Made by a program: the position numbers and the translations under genes. A stretch of DNA of 64,000 bases from an uncultured Candidatus Saccharibacteria bacterium (GTDB lineage Bacteria > Patescibacteriota > Dojkabacteria > B142 > OLB20). Below the pieces are notes generated by a model. The model searched no databases. It was given only the letters and a program-made list of their open reading frames with translations, and was not told where the DNA came from. The stretch covers positions 4,056-68,055 of the forward strand of contig CAYQRB010000002.1 in NCBI GenBank assembly GCA_964420145.1. The letters are read 5' to 3'. Positions 57,003-64,000 of the stretch are shown one piece after another. Every line of letters begins with the position of its first letter. The first letter of the stretch is position 1.

Positions 57003-58049
57003 ATGTTTAATCCTCAATTCACAATAAATAATAAAGTGCTTACCAATATAGTGAAAATCGAAAAACTCTTGGTAAGTATAGAATTACTAGAAATTTCTAC
57101 AACACAAAGCTTAAAGTTAAAGGCAAATACAAAAGTATTAAACATTTTTCATTTTGCTCATATGATTTCTTATAATCTTTCTCTCAATGACGCAGAGAAA
57201 ATCAGTGAAGGAAAACTCTACAATCAGGAAAATATAAATAATATTCTTCTTAATAATTTACGCAATTCTCATGAGTTTATAAGGTCTAGTCTCCAAGATG
57301 AGTATATTGATATTGACTCCAGTATTCTTTTACATATTAACAAAATCCTTTTATCTAACTGGAAGGAAGTTTGGGATGTCAAATTTAGAAACCCACAACT
57401 TATAGAAGATACGCAATGGAACGATTGGGTAAAGCTTACCGACAGGACTATTGAACCATTAACACTTCAAGATGAACTAAAATCAGCATTTGATTGGTAT
57501 AAGATTTCAGCACAAAGGGTTTATGTTTTGATTAGAGTTTCTGCTCTCATATTTAGACTGATCCAGCTCGCACCTTTTTCTTATTTAAATAAATTCACAA
57601 TTATCTCTGCTGTTGATTTCCTTTTCAAAAAATATGGATATTCAAGTAATGACTACTTATCTGTTTTCCGCTTATTTGATACTCATAACTCAAACTTTAT
57701 GGCTATAATCGAAAAAATCAATATAGAAAACCAAAATGATATTACTGTTTGGATTGAGTCTTTTACCGACGCACTGCATAGTGAGCTTCTATCACTTATG
57801 GAAGATGTAAAATCAATTGCTTTGGACGGTACTTCTTCGAAAAAAACTTTTCTTGACTTAAATAAACGACAACTAAAAATATTGAAATACTTACAAACAA
57901 TCCCTACCGTTAAACGGGAAGATTATGTACAAGTTATGGATGTGTCGACTATGACAGCCTTTAGGGATTTAAATGACCTGGTGACAAAAAAGCTCTTAAA
58001 AGTTGATGGTAGAGGAAGATCCACCAAGTATATGCTTATAAATCGTTAA
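57003..58049 (+). CDS. Fic/DOC-fold-like protein with a degenerate active-site motif and a C-terminal winged-helix domain
   Basis: The region where the Fic motif HPFxDGNGR would sit reads LAPFSYLNKF (His/Asp/Gly/Arg absent). The C-terminus is wHTH-like (LNKRQLKILKYL...DYVQVMDVSTMTAFRDLNDLV...GRGRSTKY). Confidence 0.5.
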   Translation: MFNPQFTINNKVLTNIVKIEKLLVSIELLEISTTQSLKLKANTKVLNIFHFAHMISYNLSLNDAEKISEGKLYNQENINNILLNNLRNSHEFIRSSLQDEYIDIDSSILLHINKILLSNWKEVWDVKFRNPQLIEDTQWNDWVKLTDRTIEPLTLQDELKSAFDWYKISAQRVYVLIRVSALIFRLIQLAPFSYLNKFTIISAVDFLFKKYGYSSNDYLSVFRLFDTHNSNFMAIIEKINIENQNDITVWIESFTDALHSELLSLMEDVKSIALDGTSSKKTFLDLNKRQLKILKYLQTIPTVKREDYVQVMDVSTMTAFRDLNDLVTKKLLKVDGRGRSTKYMLINR

Positions 58050-58062
58050 CACTTTATATTTT

Positions 58063-59604
58063 CTAATTAAGAATTTTGCGTAAATTCTCAAGGCTTTTTT
58101 TGTTTTTTATAACAGTACGAAGTTCCTCATCAGTTGCTTTTTTAACTCCTTCGATATTACCAAAAGCCTGTAAGAGACGCTTTTTAGAAACACTCCCAAT
58201 ACCTGGAATATCATCTAGAATTGAAGATGTTTGTCCATAGGAGCGGAGTTTCCGATGATAATTGATAGCAAACCGATGAGATTCATCTCTGATCCTTTGT
58301 ATTAAAAATAAGCCTTCAGAACCATATTGTAGTTTTTTCTGTGAAAAACCCAGCTCACCTTGATTATCTTTTATTGTAAAAATATCTTCATTTCTTTTTG
58401 CCAAACCGATGATTGCAATATCTATGTCTAAATTTAGTAAAACCCTATAGGCGGATCCAAGTTGACCTTTTCCACCATCTACAATAATGAGATCTGGTCT
58501 TACACTAAAACTAATATCATCTCTTTTATCTTTATGCAAAAATCTTCGTGCTAGAACTTCACTCATCATTGCAAAATCATCGGGGGTATCTTTTGTTTTA
58601 ATCTTGAACTTGCGATATAAGTTGTTTTGAGGGATTCCATCTACAAACACAACCATTGAAGCGACTGCATTTGTCCCTTGTATATTAGAAATATCAAAAC
58701 ACTCGATTTTAAAATCTTTTTTTAATTTCAAACCAAACTGTGGTAGTTTTGCAATTATTTGAGTTAATGCACGCTTAGATCTTTCTGTCTTCTGTTCTAA
58801 AAAAGAAGTTTCATCAGTTTCAACCGATTCCACCGTAACTCGTTGTTTAATATATTCAATATCTTTAATTTTATTTCTTATCCTTCCTGCATTTTCATAA
58901 TCAAGGTTTTTAGAATATTCTTCCATTTCAGCTCTTAGATTCACCATTATTTGTTGGTGGTCTTTTGTGAAAAAATCAATAATTCCTTTAATATTTTTAT
59001 AATAATTTTTTTTCGAGATGTAACCAGCACAGGGACCAGGACAGAGTCCAAGTTGGTAATACAGACATGGTTGTGGGTCGGATGACACTGTTTTTAGTTT
59101 TCCTGTCTTTGGGTCTTTTATTTCTTTGATGATGCGGTTACATGTCCTATATGGATATACTTTACGAAGCCTGGATAGTATATTTTTAACAGGCATAGTG
59201 TAATGATAAGGGCCAAGATAGATTGCGTTTTTCTTTTTTTTATTTCGAACTACTAGAGGACTTGGAAAGTCTTCACTTTTGTCTATCATTATCCATATAT
59301 AGTTTTTGTCATCTTTTAAATCACGATTATATTTAGGTCTATATTTTTTAATAAGGTTGGTTTCTAAGATAAAAGCTTCTAGCTCAGAATCGGTAACAAT
59401 ATGCTCTATTTGAAAAATATTCTCTACTAGTATGCGTAGATGAGGATCTCTTTGTTTTTTTATAAAATAGCTACTCACTCGTTTGTGTAGATTTTTAGCT
59501 TTTCCAACATAGATAACTTTACCTTTCTGGTCTTTGTATAGATAACAGCCAGGACTAACCGGGAGGTTTTGTAAAACTTTGGAAACAACTAGTGGTTCAA
59601 TCAC
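58063..59604 (-). CDS. uvrC: Excinuclease ABC subunit C
   Basis: N-terminal GIY-YIG (GCYLYKDQKGKVIYVGKAKNLHKRVSSYF), central UvrBC domain, C-terminal RNaseH-like and HhH (GIGSVSKKRLLQAFG). GTG start. Confidence 0.85.
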   Translation of the reverse strand: MIEPLVVSKVLQNLPVSPGCYLYKDQKGKVIYVGKAKNLHKRVSSYFIKKQRDPHLRILVENIFQIEHIVTDSELEAFILETNLIKKYRPKYNRDLKDDKNYIWIMIDKSEDFPSPLVVRNKKKKNAIYLGPYHYTMPVKNILSRLRKVYPYRTCNRIIKEIKDPKTGKLKTVSSDPQPCLYYQLGLCPGPCAGYISKKNYYKNIKGIIDFFTKDHQQIMVNLRAEMEEYSKNLDYENAGRIRNKIKDIEYIKQRVTVESVETDETSFLEQKTERSKRALTQIIAKLPQFGLKLKKDFKIECFDISNIQGTNAVASMVVFVDGIPQNNLYRKFKIKTKDTPDDFAMMSEVLARRFLHKDKRDDISFSVRPDLIIVDGGKGQLGSAYRVLLNLDIDIAIIGLAKRNEDIFTIKDNQGELGFSQKKLQYGSEGLFLIQRIRDESHRFAINYHRKLRSYGQTSSILDDIPGIGSVSKKRLLQAFGNIEGVKKATDEELRTVIKNKKSLENLRKILN

Positions 59605-59810
59605 TTTGAGACTTCTTCAATAAGTGCTCTTCTAAAAATATCAAGTTTTTTATCGTGAACAAAAATCCTACCACATTGACACTCTTTAATCTCAGTTCCG
59701 TCTATCTTTTTATCAATTATTTTTGCTTTTCCCAAACTTTGAGTACAACCAGGACACATCTTTTTTTGTATTAAGATAGTTTGTAAAGGGGTTATCAGTT
59801 TTTTTATCAT
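59601..59810 (-). CDS. Small zinc-ribbon protein (CxxC...CxC), hypothetical
   Basis: MCPGCTQS...ECQCGR. 69 aa. Stop overlaps the uvrC GTG start. Confidence 0.35.
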   Translation of the reverse strand: MIKKLITPLQTILIQKKMCPGCTQSLGKAKIIDKKIDGTEIKECQCGRIFVHDKKLDIFRRALIEEVSK

Positions 59811-59867
59811 AGCTGTAAGGAAATAAATCTGATACCATTATACTTATAAAGGTCAAAAACACCAATT

Positions 59868-60968
59868 ATGAACATAGAGTTAATCATAACAGTTATTATT
59901 CTGGCGGTCTTGCTTTCTTTTCTGCTGGCTTTCCCAATTATTAGTTTCTTGTATAAATTTAAAATTGTGCGAAATTTAGATGTTGATTTTTCTGTTTTAA
60001 TAGAATCTCGAAAACACAAAGTAGGAACCCCAATTATGGGAGGGTTAATAGTGATACTAACTGTTATAATTTTAAACTTGATCTTAAATTTTAATAAATT
60101 AACAGCTGTCCCCATACTACTTTTTGTTACCCTGGCTATTATTGGGGGATTTGATGATATATTAAATTTGTTTGGACAGAAACGAAAGGTTCGAACCCTT
60201 AGTAGAACAATGAAGCTAATACAGGTACATAAACAATCCCTAACCAGGGTTAAGCTTGTTTTTGCACTACCGTGGATAGTATTCCAACGAGTTATGCATA
60301 TATTTGAATCTAATCCGGGAAAGGGATTGTTTGCACATGAACGAATCTTTTTTCAAATCTCTACTGCACTAATTTTCATATTGTGGTTTGTACGAGTAGT
60401 TCCCGAGCCAGATACTATTCAGTTCCCTCTTTTAGGGGTTATTTCAATAGGGATATTAATAATACCGTTACTACTTATAATCTTTCTAGGTCTTATTAAT
60501 GCAGTGAATTTCTCTGACGGATTGGATGGTCTTTCTGCTGGAATGTTGTTAAATGCTTATATAGGCTTTTTAGCTATAGCTTATTTTGAAAACAACACTA
60601 GTATTGCCATATTAGTAGCTACTGTTATTGGTGGTCTAATCACATATCTTTATTTCAATATTCCTCCTGCGAGGGTGCAGATGGGAGATATAGGAACATA
60701 TTCTTTAGGTGGTCTATTGGCAATAGTTGGGATCATTTTAGGTAAGCCATTACTGATATTTATAATTTGTTTTCCTTTTGTGGTAGAGGTATCAAGTACC
60801 CTACTACAAGGGATTGTAAGAAGACTGTTTGGAAGAAGATTATTTAAAATGGCCCCACTACATCATCATTTTGAAATGATGGGTTGGTCTGAAGAAAAAG
60901 TTGTTATGCGATTTTGGCTTTTCTCTAGTATTTGTACCTTGTTTGGAATTTGGGTGTATTTTTGGTAA
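59868..60968 (+). CDS. mraY: Phospho-N-acetylmuramoyl-pentapeptide transferase
   Basis: KHKVGTPIMGG, GGFDDILN, NAVNFSDGLDGLSAG and MAPLHHHFEMMGW motifs. There is a roughly 25-30 aa insertion between the DD and NxxDGLDGL blocks relative to E. coli MraY. The ATG may sit 1 nt upstream of the tracked start. Confidence 0.85.
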   Translation: MNIELIITVIILAVLLSFLLAFPIISFLYKFKIVRNLDVDFSVLIESRKHKVGTPIMGGLIVILTVIILNLILNFNKLTAVPILLFVTLAIIGGFDDILNLFGQKRKVRTLSRTMKLIQVHKQSLTRVKLVFALPWIVFQRVMHIFESNPGKGLFAHERIFFQISTALIFILWFVRVVPEPDTIQFPLLGVISIGILIIPLLLIIFLGLINAVNFSDGLDGLSAGMLLNAYIGFLAIAYFENNTSIAILVATVIGGLITYLYFNIPPARVQMGDIGTYSLGGLLAIVGIILGKPLLIFIICFPFVVEVSSTLLQGIVRRLFGRRLFKMAPLHHHFEMMGWSEEKVVMRFWLFSSICTLFGIWVYFW

Positions 60969-61024
60969 ACCTTTGTTATAATAACGCATTCCATACACGA
61001 TGGATATTTTGTTCTTTGTAAAAT

Positions 61025-61100
61025 GCCGAGGTAGCTCAGTTGGTAGAGCACCCGCCTGAAGAGCGGGGTGTCGACAGTTCAAGTCTGTCCCTCGGCACCA
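61025..61100 (+). tRNA. tRNA-Phe (anticodon GAA), CCA encoded
   Basis: GCCGAGG-TA-GCTC-AGTTGGTA-GAGC-A-CCCGC-CTGAAGA-GCGGG-GTGTC-GACAG-TTCAAGT-CTGTC-CCTCGGC-A-CCA. Confidence 0.9.
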
Positions 61101-61139
61101 GATTATATTTAAAGTTTCGATTACCAGAGAAGTTTATTA

Positions 61140-61216
61140 GGGTGCTTAGCTCAGCTGGTTAGAGCGACTCGTTTACACCGAGTAGGTCGGGGGTTCGACT
61201 CCCTCAGCACCCACCA
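61140..61216 (+). tRNA. tRNA-Val (anticodon UAC), CCA encoded
   Basis: GGGTGCT-TA-GCTC-AGCTGGTTA-GAGC-G-ACTCG-TTTACAC-CGAGT-AGGTC-GGGGG-TTCGACT-CCCTC-AGCACCC-A-CCA. Confidence 0.9.
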
Positions 61217-61310
61217 TTATAGAAATTAAAACAAAATTCTCAACTTTCCTGTTTTTACACCCGCTGATTTTCTAATTTCTTAAAGGTAACAACCTGTTTT
61301 ATTTGTTTGT

Positions 61311-61385
61311 TTTTGGGGTCGGAAGCGACCCAACTCCGAAGTGTGATACCCCACCACACACTTCGGGTGTTGCCTTCGGCAAAAA
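61311..61385 (+). other. GC-rich element of three consecutive hairpins (unclassified; possible small structured RNA or recombination site)
   Basis: GGGTCG-GAAG-CGACCC; then CCGAAGTGTG-(11-nt loop)-CACACTTCGG, a 10-bp perfect stem; then TTGCC-TTC-GGCAA. No U-tract follows any of them. Local GC is far above the flanking AT-rich DNA. Confidence 0.3.
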
Positions 61386-61432
61386 CTCTACCTAATTTAC
61401 ACAAAATATAAAAGTTATGCTACTATTTAAAT

Positions 61433-63421
61433 ATGGACGATGCATATTTTGGAAATAAAAAGGTTTGTATAACTCAAAGGCGTTATCTTGGCTCTAAAAC
61501 CAGGCTACTTTCATTTATTGATAATATCATTGAGCAAGAAAAGATAGAGTTTGATTCTTTTGCTGATATCTTTGCTGGAACTGGAACTGTTGCTAATCAT
61601 TTCCATAATCGCTCAAAAATCATTGTTAATGACATTTTAGATTCAAACTCTCATATCTACTCTGCCTTTTTTGGTGAAGACGAAATCAGAGAACAAAAAT
61701 TAAAGGAAAGATTAAAATATTATAACGATATTGAAGTTAAGCAATATGACGAAAATTATTTTTCAAAAAACTTTTCAAATACCTACTTTGATGCAGAAAA
61801 TGCAAAAAGGATAGGAATTATTAGAGATGACATCGAAAAGTTATTTGAAGAAAGAATAATCACACATAGAGAGAAATCGTATCTACTCACATCACTTATA
61901 TACGCTCTTGATAGAATTGCCAATACAGTCGGGCATTATGATGCATACAGAAAAATTGATATTCCGAGCAAAAAATTATTTTTACTGCCTCTTGATATAA
62001 CAAACTCGCAGTTCACTGCTGAAATCTACAAAAATGATGCGAATGAATTGGTAAAGAAAATTAAAGCAGATGTTGTTTATATTGACCCACCATATAATTC
62101 ACGCCAATACTCTGATGCATATCATTTACTAGAAAACATAACTACTTGGAAAAAAGAAAAAGTTTTTGGTGTAGCCAAAAAAATTAACCGCTCTCATATT
62201 AAAAGTAAATACAATATGAAATCGGCTGGCGTTGCCTTTAGTGATTTGATAGACAACATTAGTGCAAAATATATCCTCGTGTCTTATAACGATATGGGGA
62301 CATCGGGCAACGCCCGATCACAATCACGAATAAGCGACCACGAAATTTTATCGGCACTAAAACGGCGAGGAGAAGTTCAGATTTATGAAACAGATTTTAA
62401 ACAATTTACCACTGGTAAATCAAACAAGGACGACTTAAAAGAACGCATATTTTTATGCAAAATAGATGTTGAGACAAAAGCAAATAGTAAAATAATTGCG
62501 TCAAAAAATAATCCTGTTCAAAGTGGTTTTGTTAAATCACCGCTTAATTACACTGGTGGAAAACATAAACTTTTGCCACAAATAACAAAATTGTTCCCGA
62601 ATGATATTAAAACTTTTTATGATGTATTCTCAGGCGGTGCAAATGTCGGTATAAATGCAACCGCACGAAATATAATCTGCATTGAAAAAAATCGCTATGT
62701 AGTAAATCTACTAAAACTCATTCAAAATGATAATTTTGAGAATTTGAACCAAAAAGTACTTGATATCATAGATGATTTTGGATTAAGCCAGAGTTATATC
62801 AAAGGCTACGACCATTATGGCGTTGATAGTTCGTCGGGATTAGGTCAATACAATAAAGAAGCTTTCTTAAAACTTCGCAATGAATTTAATAAAGAAAAAA
62901 CTAGAATTGATTTATTGCTAGTGCTTATTCTGTATTCTTTCAACAATCAGATTAGATTTAATTCAAAGGGCGATTTTAACTTGCCAGTTGGCAAACGAGA
63001 TTATAACGGCAGTTCAAGAAAGAATATCGCCGCCTTTAATCAAATATCAAACGAGAAAAAAATAGTATTCAAAAGTTGTGATTTCCGTGATGTTGAAAAA
63101 ATGTCATTAGTAAAAAACGATTTTATCTATCTTGACCCACCGTATCTGTTAGGTCTTGCTAGTTATAACGAAATGAGGGGCTGGACAGAAAAAGATGAAA
63201 AAGACTTATATGCATTACTTGCAAAGTTAGACAGAAAAGGCATTCGCTTTGCCTTGTCCAATGTCTTGGAACACAAAGGCAATGTTAATGAAATAATGAA
63301 AAATTGGGCAGAAAAATATAAATATAATGTTCATAAATTAGATTATCATTATAAAAACTCGAATTATCACTCCAGTGCAAAGAACAATAAGACAATAGAG
63401 GTACTTATTACAAATTACTGA
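61433..63421 (+). CDS. Fused tandem D12-class (Dam-like) N6-adenine DNA methyltransferase (two MTase domains, type IIS-style M subunit)
   Basis: Domain 1 has YLGSKTRLL, FAGTGTV and VVYIDPPYNSRQY. Domain 2 has NYTGGKHKLL, DVFSGGANV and FIYLDPPYLLGLASY. Two complete D12/DPPY modules, as in M.FokI/M.AlwI-type enzymes that methylate both strands of an asymmetric site. Confidence 0.85.
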   Translation: MDDAYFGNKKVCITQRRYLGSKTRLLSFIDNIIEQEKIEFDSFADIFAGTGTVANHFHNRSKIIVNDILDSNSHIYSAFFGEDEIREQKLKERLKYYNDIEVKQYDENYFSKNFSNTYFDAENAKRIGIIRDDIEKLFEERIITHREKSYLLTSLIYALDRIANTVGHYDAYRKIDIPSKKLFLLPLDITNSQFTAEIYKNDANELVKKIKADVVYIDPPYNSRQYSDAYHLLENITTWKKEKVFGVAKKINRSHIKSKYNMKSAGVAFSDLIDNISAKYILVSYNDMGTSGNARSQSRISDHEILSALKRRGEVQIYETDFKQFTTGKSNKDDLKERIFLCKIDVETKANSKIIASKNNPVQSGFVKSPLNYTGGKHKLLPQITKLFPNDIKTFYDVFSGGANVGINATARNIICIEKNRYVVNLLKLIQNDNFENLNQKVLDIIDDFGLSQSYIKGYDHYGVDSSSGLGQYNKEAFLKLRNEFNKEKTRIDLLLVLILYSFNNQIRFNSKGDFNLPVGKRDYNGSSRKNIAAFNQISNEKKIVFKSCDFRDVEKMSLVKNDFIYLDPPYLLGLASYNEMRGWTEKDEKDLYALLAKLDRKGIRFALSNVLEHKGNVNEIMKNWAEKYKYNVHKLDYHYKNSNYHSSAKNNKTIEVLITNY

Positions 63422-63442
63422 TTTTTATGGCATAATGAGGCC

Positions 63443-64000
63443 ATGCTGAAAGCGTGGTCAATTACAACAACTGTTAGAAACCCAGAGCGACTGCGTGATT
63501 TTTTGGTTGCTCTAAAACCACTTGAAAATACAACTTGGGACAATTCAAATCAAGAAAGTTATCAAAAACTTTTAATCAAAAATCGCTTGTATGGTTTTGG
63601 TAATACGCAATTCTACAACAGACTAACTCCAAGTATTATAAGTATTATCAATGATACAGACAGTAGAATTGATGATGAAACAATAAACGAAATTATTAGA
63701 TTAAAAAACTATACCGACTTCGCAATGCGTGGTCGTCAATCGTTAAACCCTCTAACAAAGTTTGGCTTTGTGATTATTGACAATGGTATAGTTAAGATTA
63801 CGAAACTTGGTAAAAAACTTATAGCCAGTGAAAAAGATTCTGGCGATGTTTTCCTCAAATCGTTTATTAAGTGGCAGATACCAAACCCAGCAAATAACGA
63901 TTTTGCTGATAATGGTGATTATGATGTTGTACCTTTTGTAGCAACTCTTAAATTGATAAGAGAAGTTAATAAAATTGAGGCAGAGTGCGGGAATAACCCA
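63443..64000 (+). CDS. AlwI/PleI/MlyI/N.BstNBI-family type IIS restriction endonuclease, N-terminal part (3' end beyond the window)
   Basis: MLKAWSITTTVRNPERLRDFL...YGFGNTQFYNRL...RGRQSLNPLTKFGFVIIDNGIVKITKLGKKL...GDVFLKSFIKWQIPNP matches the N.BstNBI N-terminus (SPRSPEKI...TRDRVAPMKTYGFVFVD..GYLRITEAGKML...KDVFLKQLVKWQYPS). The ORF is open to the window end. Confidence 0.75.
   Translation, partial: MLKAWSITTTVRNPERLRDFLVALKPLENTTWDNSNQESYQKLLIKNRLYGFGNTQFYNRLTPSIISIINDTDSRIDDETINEIIRLKNYTDFAMRGRQSLNPLTKFGFVIIDNGIVKITKLGKKLIASEKDSGDVFLKSFIKWQIPNPANNDFADNGDYDVVPFVATLKLIREVNKIEAECGNNP

Noticed and set aside
60187-60198. tRNA T-loop-like GGTTCGAACCC inside mraY
   Set aside because: No acceptor, D or anticodon arms can be formed around it, and it sits in-frame within a conserved membrane protein. 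A chance motif.
60858-61082. ORFs 60858..61082 and 60866..61051 (minus strand)
   Set aside because: They overlap the 3' end of mraY and the tRNA-Phe gene. The translations are low complexity. Spurious.
61311-61385. SRP (4.5S) RNA assignment for the GC-rich hairpin element
   Set aside because: SRP RNA is a single long hairpin with the GGAAGCAGCC domain IV motif. Here there are three separate short hairpins and only a loose GGAAGC resemblance. Left unclassified.
1-64000. CRISPR arrays, transposases, integrases, phage structural genes
   Set aside because: No evenly spaced direct repeats were found in any intergenic region, and no ORF with DDE transposase, tyrosine/serine recombinase, terminase or capsid hallmarks. 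The accessory content is limited to the R-M module and a few isolated genes.

Overview
This is a 64 kb, low-GC (roughly one-third GC by eye), gene-dense bacterial chromosomal segment with genes on both strands. Gene content and architecture (fusion proteins, truncated Mfd, non-frameshifted prfB, very short intergenic spacers, overlapping start/stop codons) suggest a small-genome, possibly Patescibacteria/CPR-like organism; that placement is inference only.

The window is dominated by housekeeping genes:
- Cell envelope: PBP1A, two SEDS (RodA/FtsW) paralogs, MurG, MraY, Mpl, UppS, GalU, VanY-like carboxypeptidase, LysM protein.
- Translation: L21, L27, S20, RF2, Pth, LysRS, TruB, Tgt, KsgA and six tRNA genes.
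- Replication and repair: DnaE, UvrB, UvrC, Mfd, XseA/XseB, SSB, AlkD-like, UvrD-like helicase-nuclease.

Accessory content includes a type IIS restriction-modification system (tandem D12 adenine-MTase plus AlwI-family endonuclease, cut by the window end) beside tRNA-Phe/Val, a degenerate Fic-like protein beside tRNA-Thr, and a tRNA-rich stretch flanking an HD hydrolase and a divergent ALDH.

Four things stand out:
1. uvrB and xseA are each interrupted by in-frame stop codons yet remain perfectly collinear with full-length homologues. Every TAG that ends a gene in this window is immediately followed by TAA, which raises the question of whether TAG terminates efficiently here.
2. A translationally coupled operon on the minus strand (ThrC-like PLP enzyme, TM-anchored SAM MTase, ATP-grasp ligase, NlpC/P60-like, Mpl, small hypothetical) sits divergent to a LysW-like zinc-ribbon gene.
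3. There is an acylphosphatase-UppS fusion and a LysRS with a roughly 160-aa PTH2/DUF2000-like C-terminal extension.
4. A GC-rich element of three hairpins lies between tRNA-Val and the R-M genes.

No CRISPR array, transposase or integrase was seen. Coordinates of RNA features may be off by 1-2 nt.
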